DNA of 64,000 bases from Magallana gigas (lineage: Eukaryota): the NCBI RefSeq assembly GCF_963853765.1, contig NC_088854.1, forward strand, positions 50,964,001 through 51,028,000. Reading direction: 5' to 3'. This document shows positions 52,377 to 64,000 of the stretch, one piece after another. The position numbers were made by a program, and so were the translations under genes. The notes under the pieces were generated by a model. That model ran no database searches. It worked only from the letters and a program-made list of their open reading frames with translations, and was not told the origin of the DNA. Every line of letters begins with the position of its first letter. The first letter of the stretch is position 1.

Positions 52377-53860
52377 AAGTAAATATATTTCTTTTAAAAA
52401 TATTTTACTCTTTATAATTATTCATGGTACTCTGTATCTTACAGGAATCGCTGTCTTTAGATAAAGTTCCTGATGTATTTGCTGCCTTTCCTGATCTTAA
52501 AACTAAAAGGTAATTCCCGTACATACCGGTACACATCAGAATTCGGGTTGTTGATTCACATGCAATAACATTTTTATGATATTTTCACCCCCTGTTTTTC
52601 TCTTGGAAAATTTTTGTCATCTGTCTTCTTCTTCACTTTTTCTTTTTTTCTTCTAGTCTTACCGAGTTATTTGAATTACAAGATGAAGAAGACAAAATCT
52701 TAGAAATGATTCAGAAACTTCCTCACGTAACAAAATTTGCTGAGGAGAGGGAGAAGATTTCTAATGAATGTATTGAGCTTGCAAGTGAGTTTTTTTCTCC
52801 CTATCTTGTTTGTTTGTTAAAAATTGGTGTGTGGTACTTCATACAAAATGATATAGATTGATGATCCTATTTACTATATGTACAATGTTGCTAAGAATGG
52901 TATCTATTACAAATTTATATGTTCAATGCATTTGAAGTGTTTCCAACATGCAGATTAAGTTGTTTTTATGTAAATTTTTGGAGGAAGGTGATTTGGTCAC
53001 ATATGATACATAGATACTGTATGTGCCTTGTCATATATTCTACATTTCCACTGAATTTGTAAGAGATACATAACTGTTATATCGTTTTATAGTAAAAAAA
53101 AATATGAAATTGGAAATAAAAAATATCATTTTATTATTATGTCATTGTATTGTAGGAGCTAATTTAAGCTATAAGCCTGTACTAGAGCAGCACAGACAGT
53201 GGATTTTGGAGAAGGTATTTAAAAACTGAAATACATACTGAAATACATATATGGAAATCATGTGTACATTAAAGAAAGGAGGTTTTCACAATATGCATGT
53301 ACATTTTTTCTTAAAGAAAAACCTCTATCAGAAAACTGAAGAAGAATTCCAGAGGAATCAGCAGAGACTGATGTCTAAGTCTGAGGACTTCCACCCCTCG
53401 GTCATCCAGAACAACTTGAAGGTAGCACTAATGGAAGCAGAAGAGGAGTCCGAGAATATCGTTGAGCAGTTCTTAGAAAGTGAGTGTTCGCTTTTAAAAG
53501 CTTATTTCCTGTGATACACTTCAGAAATTTGCTATTTGTACTTTTGAATGTCTACTTGTTTAATAACATCTGAGACATGTAGATGATAATGAAGTACATT
53601 CACTATTTTTATTTGTCAATCTTTTCTCGCCTTAGAAAAAATGGACGTTGAAGAGTTTAAGCAGAGATTCATTCAAACTAGAAGTGTAAGTACACTTTAA
53701 AATTTCAATGATATTTAAATCATTTTTCTACCAGTACTTCTAATATAATAACAATAAATTTCATGTTTAACTTGTGTTTATTTTCTAGTTATGTCATGCC
53801 AGGAGAGCAAAGGACGAGAAGTTGACTCACATCCTTGTACAACAAGGATACAGTAATTGA
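50642..53860 (+). CDS. VPS37A: ESCRT-I subunit VPS37A (358 aa; N-terminal UEV-like region and C-terminal Mod(r) domain)
   Basis: Exons 50642-50748, 50961-51035, 51194-51308, 51526-51614, 52023-52176, 52445-52509, 52657-52784, 53156-53214, 53317-53479, 53636-53685 and 53789-53860 (1077 nt). Motifs: MSWLFG, EYRITF, LPPLFPQDQPSISVHPPIYHQWVD, FSMHSSLAVIVQSIIDEF, LKVALMEAEEESENIVEQFLE and CHARRAKDEKL. Confidence 0.9.
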
Positions 53861-54330
53861 TTCATTTGTTGAAACCAACGACAATATACCTGGTGAAGCC
53901 CCAACACTTATTTCTGAAAATATTCAGTCATTATTTTATTGTTCAATGAAGCTAACTTATTGGAAATTTTGAATTGGCAGGGTCTTATACCTTTTGTACA
54001 ATGTACATTTATATGTATTGAGTAGACACCAAAATATGGATGGCTTTCTTTGAAATCCTATTATACCGTACATGTACTTTGCAAGAGAAAACTAACTCTT
54101 TGCTCTGTGAGATTGTTGATCTTGAGTTTGAGTCCTATTAATAGGGCATCCATTTGATGGCTGTGATTTTATTCATGTTTTGCTACGCTTCCACTAGTGG
54201 TGAAGGACATGTTGTACACAGTACATGTACATATTCACGTGTGAAGTTGTCATGATCTCTGTCAAACTGTGTCATTCACATACCTCTTAAAGCACTTGCG
54301 TCTGTAACATATACATGTATTTCAACAATA

Positions 54331-54508
54331 TACTGTATTCTGGGAAATGTTCCCCCCTTTTATTTTCACCCCTTATGCCCTTGTTGTCATCAACAAATTT
54401 ATCACTCTTTAATCCCAACTGTGTCCAGGCGAATTCAAGATGGGGCAGAATTGTTTGCAAGTGTAGAGGGCAAAATTTACATTGGGTGAAAATAACCCTG
54501 AATACAGT
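54331..54508. mobile_element. ~180-bp MITE
   Basis: TACTGTATTC.GGG..AT.TT...CCC ... GGGTGAAAATAACCCTGAATACAGTA inverted ends with TA termini. Confidence 0.7.
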
Positions 54509-55788
54509 AATAACGTGTATAAATTGAAATTGTTTTTATAATATGATTTTAATACATGCATTATAAAGTTGATTTTGTTTTAAATGTATGTTTCACTGTT
54601 TATTGCTTAAGAATTTATTGTAAAGTAGTACAATGTATATGCATGTACCAAAATTTATTTGTAACATCTTATGTGTGAATTTTGGCTCTGATCCATATCA
54701 ATTTTACTGGATTGTAGGTATACATGTATATGCAACCACATTGTGCATAAAAGCAACAAATTCAAATGAGCCTGTTAACATCAGTCAATTACTTGTTAGC
54801 ATTGTGATGTTTCAATGATAGTTAAATATCAGTCTTAAATGCTTTTATGTCAGTGAAAACAGATTAGATGGAACAGTTTTGTCATTAAGACACATTTTAA
54901 GATCCATTTTACTTGGATTTTATATGCCTAGAAAATACCAGAAAAAATGTACACGTTAAGTTTCACGTTTAACATTTGCCATGACAATTCAAATGAATTT
55001 CAATTGAGATACTGAAAACAGCAGGATTTCTTTTGCCATAGGTCATATATGCATGTACAAGGAAGCCGAATTTACTTCCTCTGCAACTCCCAATCAAGAG
55101 ATAAAATTACAACGTAGTCATGCAGATCCAGATTTATGTGTTCTTCCACTAAGTTTACACCAAACATCCCTGCAATCCTTGTTGAATTGTACTCACTGAA
55201 ACCTTTTATTTATTAAACAAATTGTTTACCTGTGTATGAACTAGAAGAATATAATGCAGAATGAAAAAATGTAGATGGAATTTTAGTTTTAAATATAATA
55301 ACCCTTGTTCTGGTTCTGGTACCAATTTTAGCAGATAATAACACACTGTTAAAGTTTTGATCCATAACATCATTAACATGTGTACTCACAAATTAAAACA
55401 CACCAGACTTACTGCTGGACAAGAAGATCTTGGTGTCAACTTTAATGGAAATAATAGCTTTTTCAATCCTGATATCATGGATATGTACCGTATTTGTAGT
55501 CAGTATGTACCGGTATTTGATAATCAACGTGTATGACTGCATTTGTACTATCGATAATAAGTGTGTTAATGTACCTTACATGTATGTGGAACATGAGTTC
55601 TGAGAACCGATTACCGTAGCAGTTTTGTGTTAGTGTGTACTGTGTACAGGATGTGGCAGTTAAGTGATAGCATGTCAGTATATCATTTTGTTAAGAGATG
55701 AGAGACAATTGTTTTGAATAAATATTGTTACCATAATGTTTTTTTTCTTTTTATATATGCTCATCATAATTTGCATTACTTTACTGAT

Positions 55789-55833
55789 GCCAGATAGCTC
55801 AGTTGATATAGCACCTGACTAGAGCATCCAGGG
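55789..55833 (+). mobile_element. Truncated tRNA-derived SINE head (same family as 3745-4495)
   Basis: GCCAGATAGCTCAGTTGATATAGCACCTGACTAGAGCATCCAGGG. Confidence 0.65.
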
Positions 55834-57449
55834 AGCACAACAGTGTCGCAAACCACAGCCAGTATGTATGATCATCTCCTTCTGGCCATGGTGTAGTTCA
55901 TGAAGTTCATCATGAAGTATAAAGCATAATTATATAGTTGAGATTGATCGACTTTTGATACGACCTTTCATCAACTTGGATGTTGAAATTAAACTATATT
56001 TAATAACCCTTCCACGAAAACTAGACAAGCACACCAGTATTTTGTTCAGTTATTTGGATTCTTGTTACTGGTTGTTCAAAGCTAGGTTGTAGGTTTAAAA
56101 GGAGAAGAGTTTTTGGCAGCAATGAAATTTTAACGACATCAAATATCTTGCATGCCAAGAATCATTATAAGCACAACAGTAACCATGCACCTCATGAGTA
56201 GTAATTTTAAAACATGAATCATTTGGTTTGACCTTATTAACATCTTAAATAATGTTGCAAATCCTTTATCCAACAAGCACTCTATGGGTGTAGTAATATA
56301 AGGCAGATGTGGCCAAGGGGAGAAAAAAAATAGAGTCCAAAAGAGGATTTAACATAGAGGTATGACTTGACCTCGATATGGAAACTTGGTTTTCCATTAA
56401 TCTCTGACACTCTCATGAATTAATCCATAATACCCGAATGATAACTGTAAAATAATTTATTGAATCAATAATATAGTAATAAAACAATAAAATAATATGT
56501 AAACAATGTCACGATACATGTAAATTCCTTTTAGATAAATTTATACATTGCTATTGAATTTCTCAGTGACAAATACACCAATACATTGTACTAGTGATCA
56601 GTTCACAAATGTGCAATTTCATTTTCATGTGATGTCTGTAGTATATAAATATTGTAGTATGCAATTCAAACTTTGATGCTGCTACATGTAATCACTTGAT
56701 GTACCAAGGGTGTGACAAGGTAAAATTTGATTTAAATTCTTAATTTCAAGTTACTTAACAAGAAAGAAAGAATAATTTAAAAAATTGGTAAAACATATAA
56801 AATCAATACTAGAAATCAATTTACATATGTGTAATTTTCATTTTCACATGAAGTCTATGAAGTAAATATGATAGAATGCAATTCAAATTCAGATGCTGAT
56901 GCATTTTTTTACCGATGCATTAGCATTTGTATTATAAAGACGTGTACAACACAATAAAAATTGATAATGTAGATTCCTAATTAACGCGAGGAATTAATAT
57001 CCGCATAAAATTGCGAGAAGCACTGGTACATCTCCCAAATTTAAAAATCTCACTATTATTTTTTCAGACAGATGTAAACTGAATAAAATTTTTGATAAAA
57101 ATTCAGTATTCTCAATTTCATATTTTTGCAATTTGATGTAAATCTGTTGAATCACAGAATTAAGTACTCGCATAAAATAAAGAATCTACAGTACAGTGTA
57201 TTATCATAATTTCCAGTTCAATAATGAAAGAGAAAAAGAATGTAATGCATAAAAAATTCAGATAAATAAAACCTTGTCTCCTTATCATAAAATACATGTA
57301 CTTGTGCTACAAAATATCCATGAGATTAAAAAGTGAAAGACCATAATACATGTACCATAACCACAGACAGATAAGATGTTTCCTGTGAATGCTGTACAAT
57401 CCAGGTGTTAAGGAGTTTCCAATAAATACACATAATGGCCCTCCCTGTG

Positions 57450-60400
57450 TCAGGAGAGCTGACAGGATGTCTTGTTTTCTTCTCTACGTTGAGCTGCTTC
57501 TTGCTAAAACAGAAAACAGACATAGCTGAGATCTTATCTGTTTTCTATCTGACCGCCATCAGCCCCTGTGTAAATAACAACAAAGGTACATAACCAATCA
57601 ATGCTGCTCCATGCAACAAAGCAATTCTACTATACTATTTCATTTATCCCATACATGTATTAAGATCATTTTAAGCACCTTTTTGCATAGAGTACAACTA
57701 ATACTGTATTTAATACATGTAGTACATAAGTATATGTTCCTGTATGAAAAATACATGTATTGCTACTGCATTACCCTAAAAAATGTTAAATTCACGAAAA
57801 AATTTGATCCAGGTTGTTCAGTTAGAGTTGAGGAGTCTACGTTATTATAAAACCTACCCTTCTCCTTTGTTCCCGCCTGTTTTCTTCTTGACTGGCAGCT
57901 ATGGCCTGAGCTAGAAGGAGGTCGTCCTGTTCCTGTTGTGTCAGACTGAAAGAAAAAATTTTCACTAGTTCAAACCCATTAAAAGTAGTATTTATTACAG
58001 AGTCCTCTCTTTCTACATTCATGTAACTGCTCATATAGCAGATAAACACAAATCAATCAAAATAAGAGTTTCATAAATCAAAGAAGAGTTATAGTATAAC
58101 TATTATGATAACTATACAGATATATTTTTGCTTACGGTTTTGAAGGCTGTGTTGGTTGGGATGACTCTGCCATTGACATTTGAATTGCCTGAGCTAATGC
58201 CTCATCTTCCGTCTGCGCAATAAAAACAGAAATCCATTTATGAATAAAATTAGCAGATACGTGTACTATTTACATGTCAAGAACAATTCAAATTTTGAAA
58301 GAAAATGTTGATTTCCATGATCCCGAGACCAGATCTAATGATTTCTACTACTCGGTTAAAGAAGACAGTTACATACCATTCCTCCCTGTACTGTTCGAGC
58401 AGCCATAGCTTGTCTTTGCCTTCTCTCACTGTAAAAAACATAGGGTAAATATTGAAATAAAATGCAGAAAGTTGATAAACTCTGTGGAATTCTAAGTGTT
58501 ATCAATGTAATCTGGTTTAAGTATCAAATTTATTAATATGAATTCTCAATCCTCACTTCCCCATAATAATTATTGCATTTGCCATCAATTCTGTTAAAAA
58601 CTCTAACAAGTTTTTTAATACATTTTAATATAGCCTTCATGCTGCCATTGTAATTGCACATTACCAATTTTCTAGGCCAATGCTGATTATTGATTAAGAA
58701 AATACAAACATCAATTGGACACCTATAACCTTACCTGTCTAGTTCCCGGCCTAACTGTGACAGTGGGGTGGTTTGAGGTTTAGCCGCTTTAGCTGAAGGC
58801 TTATTACTACTTCCACTAGTTGTTGGATTACTGGAAGACTGGGGAGTTCTAAAAATAGCTGCAGCACTGAAAAACGAAAAAGGTAAGCATGTATGTCATT
58901 ACGTCCTGTTTCAGTATAATCAGGTCCAAGACAAAAAAAAAAAAAAAATTATCAAAATAAGCTAATCTTATTAATATTTACAATACTTTAGGAATGTATT
59001 TCTAATGATCAAGTGAAGTTTGAGAGTCAGTCGTAGAGTTATGAGCAAGATACACTTCTCAAAACTCTTTGTCATGTAAACAAGACTCGTGCCCTTTTAT
59101 TGTTTACATTGGTTTAATATACCAGTAAAAAATCTTTTTCAAGCAGATTTGTCTATCTTCTTATTCATTTTAAGCATAAATAAACAGTTTCTAATGTTTA
59201 ACACATTCATTTAGTTTTAAACTAGAATTATCAGTTTAACGTTCAAAATGTAAACAAAAGTTTTGTTTGATACATTGCAAAGAATTGTAAGCTCTGTAAC
59301 TCGCTTAAAACTCAAAAAATGATACTCAAATTATGGTTGCCTATTAAAAATGCATTGATGAAACATTGTAAACATTAAAATCAGAAAAATAATTTTTGAC
59401 CAAAATTGTGACCATGCCCCTTTAAGGCCAAGATCTAGCAGAGTGTCTTTTTGGTGCCAGATCCAATATGACATCATAAATTGATTTGATATCTTTTTCC
59501 TAACTTTATCGCTTTAATGGAATTACCGTTTGTAGAAAATAAAACATTTCCTTGATCATCCGTTTGAAAAAATGTTCAAAGAAATTTTGATACCTATGTT
59601 TAAACTTGTAACATCATCAAGAGGGGGTGAGGAACACATTACCAGTAAATATTGTTTTTGAGACACTAAAGGCATTCTGGATATAATTCACATGTCAGAA
59701 ATGAAAAGAAATCTAAGAATCATTTGTGGTTCATTCCATATTTCTTTGGAAATTAATTTTAAGAAAACATTTCTTCATTGTGTTTAAATAAAAATTTATT
59801 TATGATATACATCTGTACCTATTTTGACAAAGCTTTTGTCTTGAAGCATCATGATTTCATAAATATGTATAAGGCTCCTTTCAACCTTAATTAATATAAA
59901 TCAATGTTCATAGGGGGTGGGGGTCTCTGTCCTTACCCTGCTCTGGACACACCCCTCCCTGTGTCCTGGAAACCTTTACAGTCATGATCAGTTTCATGTC
60001 GATGTTTTAGGCAGTAATTCTGATGACAATTCTCACAGAGAACTTTTATCAACTGTAAAATAGAAAATCAAAGATTTTCTAATCAGCAAAAAATTCAATG
60101 ATGTCTGAGAAAAATGGAGGTATGAATATAACCAAAAATAATTTATAATCAAAGCGAGCTTTTTCAGATAAAAAAAACATTTCTATTGGAATTGCAAGCA
60201 TTCCGACTTACTTCTTTCTGTTTACATCCTTTAAATGAACATCTGTTGGTGTATATCTGAAACAAAATAGAGATTATCTTGTATATGGACCTTACATTTT
60301 ATTTTTTGCTCTTTTTAATATGTGAACAGTTGAAAATCCAATATACAAATTAATGTATAAAGTATACTTTAAACCACATAAAAATTGTACAAAGGTTACT

Positions 60401-61776
60401 CAAATCTAGTCAGATCATATGGAGGAAAGGTATTAAGTCAAACCTTTCTCCTATTGAGGGCGGGGTCTGATTGACAGTCCCGGTCAATGTGCTGTCCCAC
60501 TACTACATCTGGCATCTCCCCCTTCTTGACTGGGACAGGGTTGTTACATAACGGACACACAGGAACCTGATTATCCTGCAAAATGTACACAAATTTGTAA
60601 GAATATTGAGCCCTAAATGTATAACAGTAAATCTATCCGATTTAAACTTGCTGTAAATTGACTTGAAATAAAAATTGTCCAAAATTTAAATTGAATTGAC
60701 ATAAAATATGACATACCAAGATGCTCTCCTAATTCATGAGAGATCTGCCCCAACATAATATCATTTGGAGCTGCTTTGTTAGTTAATCTTTTTCTTCAAT
60801 ATTTCATCATTTAAAAATCAATTAACCTAATACTTCATTATCAACACAGGTACATCTGTAGTTATTTTTTTAATTGATAAAATCAACTGAAATGACATTA
60901 TACAAACAGACTCATTGTAATTCAAAGACTTAGTTTTTCAGACCTTCAATCTGAACATCATCATATGGCTTATACATTTCAATATCGATAAATGTAATGT
61001 TCAAATACTCAATATGAAAAAGACAATAGAAATTTTGAACAACCAGTAGTTTTTTAAATTTTCATATTTCTAATATGTTGGGGGGGGGGGGGGGGGGGCG
61101 TGAAACTATAATATTTCAAAGACAAGTACTTAGAATCAGTTTTTTGTAAGATCACAATTATGTATAATTCACATTTTTGAAACTATACATAGGTTACTTA
61201 CTTTCTTATATGACTCTGGGCAGTTGTGTGTATTGTAGTGTATATGATCTCGACTGAAAAAAGAATTATAAATGCCTTTATGACAATAACATGATTTTTA
61301 AAAATTGTTTTTCACACAACAGAGCTCAAGTATCTATGTTGTGAAAATTTTGTCCAAATTTACATTATTTCACGAATCTAAATCTCTGCTCTCCACTATA
61401 TCGTTATATATAAATATGATTATGAGCAGTGTGAGTAAGCAATTTAGAGTTCTAAATTTTATCTTTTTGTTTTAGTTAATTTTGATTCATTATGGCATCA
61501 CAAAAAGTATGTACTTAAAATTAACACACATACCAAAATATGTGTGAACAGGCATCACACTTCATAGGGAGAAAATCTGGAAAAAAAAAATTGTGAAGAT
61601 ATATTTATGAAACATCAGAATGAGTAAAACTCAGCTATAACGTGTTACACTGAAATACATGTAAAATTAGAAAAACCCACGAATCTCTTCTTTACACATT
61701 ATGCTGTTATGAGCAACATACCTAACTGTTTACAAGTTTTCTCATTACAGTTTTGTCCCAAGTCTGGAAACTCCAT
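57450..61776 (-). CDS. ZFAND2B: AN1-type zinc finger protein 2B-like (AIRAPL; 281 aa, two AN1 fingers, two UIMs, CaaX box)
   Basis: Exons 61776-61722, 61576-61534, 61253-61202, 60575-60444, 60256-60212, 60052-59937, 58866-58735, 58428-58377, 58212-58136, 57945-57858 and 57503-57450 (846 nt). Motifs: MEFPDLGQNC...DFLPMKCDAC...FCRDH...HNC, VPVCPLC, CENCHQNYCLKHRHETDHDC, UIMs EDEALAQAIQMS and DDLLLAQAIAAS, and C-terminal CQLS*. Confidence 0.92.
58980..59425 (-). mobile_element. Kolobok-like non-autonomous element, one end retained
   Basis: The minus strand reads TTAA|AGGGGCATGGTCACAATTTTGGTCAAAAATTATTTTTC, i.e. a TTAA flank and an RR terminus; no matching opposite TIR was found. Confidence 0.5.
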
Positions 61777-61807
61777 CTTCGACCCAAAACCCAAGCGTTT
61801 GTTAAAG

Positions 61808-62039
61808 TGACTATGCTGTTTTGGAGTTATCGTGACTATTTATACTCTACATTGCGTCACATCCGGGTTGTACATGTAGGTTATTTCTACTTTCGTTTCC
61901 TACATAGTGATTTTTCGTAAATTACTGAGATAACCTGGCCTTGATTCCAACGCAATGCAGAAAAACAAAGAGAAACTCCTCTTTGAAAAATATATTTATC
62001 CTGATAGTAATCAATTTCGAGATACTCCTAGAATATTCG
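61808..62039. promoter_or_regulatory. Candidate stress-response motifs upstream of ZFAND2B
   Basis: TGACTATGC (ARE consensus TGACnnnGC) at 61808-61816, ATTGCGTCA (C/EBP-ATF-like) at 61851-61859, and an imperfect HSE CTCCTAGAATATTCG at 62025-62039. All are short motifs that can occur by chance. Confidence 0.3.
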
Positions 62040-62216
62040 TATTTGATGATGCAATTTTATGGAACACCTACCCATAGCCTAACGTTATCTGTCACGGGTT
62101 GCTAGATTATCCGTAATTTACAGAGATAGCGATATAATAATTAAAACGTAGATATTCCCCTAAAGTACGTTACATTTTTTATTTTGATGTTGGATATTAA
62201 TTTGACTTTCTGATAC

Positions 62217-62507
62217 CATCATCATCATCCTTCACACCACATGCACGGGGCCAAGCCCGTTTTAACATTAATTTCAATGTACCAAAGTAAAGACCTTTCT
62301 TTATTTGTGGTTACATTGAAATTAATGATGAAACGGGCTTGGCCCCTGTGGCCACATGGTGTGGAGGACAGCGACACATTTCCTCCACTCTGGTCTGTCC
62401 TATAGGCCAGCCTAGTTAATGTTCCTCAGGTACAGTGCTTGGTTTTTATCTCAGTTTCCTCCATGGCGTACGCTATTGACGGCCGCCCTCACTCTAAGTC
62501 TCTTGGG
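62217..62507 (-). mobile_element. 5'-truncated RTE-clade LINE 3' end with long hairpin and (GAT)n tail
   Basis: The decayed minus-strand translation GRPS...ETEIK...(W)GTLTRLA..DRPEWRKCVAVLHTMW resembles RTE ORF C-termini. It is followed by a 139-nt inverted repeat (62229-62367) and GATGATGATGAT. Confidence 0.55.
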
Positions 62508-62509
62508 TT

Positions 62510-64000
62510 TGAGAACGCAGTTTGCAATTCAAAATTTATAATTTGTATTTGGAACCTGAAATTTTCAGAGTCATCTACTAGTGGTATACCACTATAGTCC
62601 ACTACCATTGAAAAAATATGGTGACGTGGTCAGTTCACTTTTCAATTGCAAATAAGCCCGAATGTAGATAACCCTGAATGCAGATGACTCTAAAAATTTC
62701 AGGCCACAAATATGAATTATAAATTTTAAATTGCGACCTGCGTCCTATAGAACGCAGTTCACATTTCAATTGCAAATAAGACCGAATCTTAAAAACTAGA
62801 GATGACCACGTCACCATATTTTTTCAGTGGTAGTGGTATACTACTAGTAGATGACCCTGAAAATCTCAGGCCCCAAATATGAAATACTAGTATGAATTTT
62901 GAATTGCGAACTTCGTTCTAGAATGCAGTTCACTTTTCAACTGCAAAAAGGCCGAATCTCAAAAAATAAACATCAGAGGCGGATCCAGCAATTTGGAAAA
63001 GGGGGGGTTCCAATTGTTGAAAATCAATACGTGCAAAATTCATTATTTGTCATTAAACAAGGCCTTTTGAACGTTTTCCATGCGTAATTTAATAAACATT
63101 TATCTCGTCAATATCTTTTTCATATCTATTTTAATATCAGAGTGCACTGCATTATTTAGCGTATTGGTTTGGGTATTAAGGGAGATTTGCATAATTTCTA
63201 GCCTTAAAAAACCTCCAACAATGAAAACGCGCGTATATGCTTAATAGAAATATACACTAAGAAAAAAAAAGTATAATTCAGACTAATTACGACAAGCTAT
63301 TATACAATTTTCTTTGTATTTTTCGTATAATTTTCTTTGTATTATTCGTATGTAACGAAGTAAAACTTTTCTATCATAATTACTAAAGTTAATTAACTAA
63401 AAAATACATTTGAAAGCAGCTTTTAAAAGTAAAGCAAATGCGTGTACTCGTACTTGAACGTCGTTTTACTCGATTGCTTGTCAATTCAAAACTGTATGAA
63501 CTATAATCGATTTTATTTAAAGAAATGGAGCAGAAAATACATTTTAAAAGTAATTATAAATCTTTGTTTTTAAGCGATACTGCATAAGTTTATGATTTTT
63601 TAAAAATTTTCCACGTGTTTACTCATGGAAGTGAACATCGGATGCTGACGGGGAGTATTTTTTTTTAGATAAAAAGATCGTTAGGGTTTTTTTCATATAA
63701 GAAATGCATGTAAATTATGGTACGTTGTGCGAAATTCTTAAAATAAGCAAGTTTAAAAGCATTTAATTGAGATAATTACAGAATTGTAATTATAAATGCG
63801 AAAAATTGTCTTTAAATAGGCATTTCAAGTTTTCCAAAAAATTCACATGCCCCAGAGAAAGGGGGGGTTCCGACCCCCGGAACCCCCCCTCTGGATCCGC
63901 CAATGAACATGACCACTTCACCATATTTTCACAGTGGTAGTGGGATACCACTAGTAGATGACCCTGAAAATGTCAGGCCCCAAATATGAATTTTGAATTG
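62510..64000. repeat. Satellite-like repeat block with direct and inverted units, interrupted by a transposon and continuing past the window end
   Basis: TGACCACGTCACCATATTTTTTCAGTGGTAGTGG...CTAGTAGATGACCCTGAAAAT.TCAGGCCCCAAATATGAA occurs at ~62803-62920 and ~63910-64000, and inverted at ~62513-62635. Confidence 0.75.
62974..63905. mobile_element. ~930-bp non-autonomous hAT-like element
   Basis: CAGAGGCGGATCCAG ... CTGGATCCGCCAATG TIRs with G/C-run subtermini. The flanks share AACAT only, so the TSD is incomplete. Confidence 0.75.

Noticed and set aside
55850-56150. Less AT-rich island next to the SINE fragment
   Set aside because: No recognisable translation or termini; it cannot be classified without a database search.

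Overview
AT-rich, intron-containing animal genomic DNA, most likely a bivalve mollusc (oyster-like). The species call is an inference from repeat families and protein style. I reconstructed seven genes exon by exon with GT-AG junctions and consistent phases, in strictly alternating orientation: PRPF38B (-, runs off the left edge), LACTB (+), a ~1156-aa protein with a C-terminal Par6/KIAA1614-type PDZ domain (-), XPR1 (+), CNOT7/CAF1 (-), VPS37A (+) and ZFAND2B/AIRAPL (-). Introns and intergenic DNA hold many non-autonomous transposons (IS3EU-like, pogo/Tc1-like, hAT-like, Kolobok-like, Helentron-like), tRNA-derived SINE-like units, an RTE-like LINE end, minisatellites and one 154-N gap. I found no prokaryote-type system, CRISPR array or intact RNA gene. 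The best leads are two gene pairs that I recall as neighbours in human (XPR1-KIAA1614, CNOT7-VPS37A) and several candidate regulatory splice events: a PRPF38B poison exon, a stop-containing micro-exon right after the XPR1 SPX region, alternative XPR1 C-termini, and a CaaX on/off acceptor in ZFAND2B. All are predictions from sequence alone, with no expression data.
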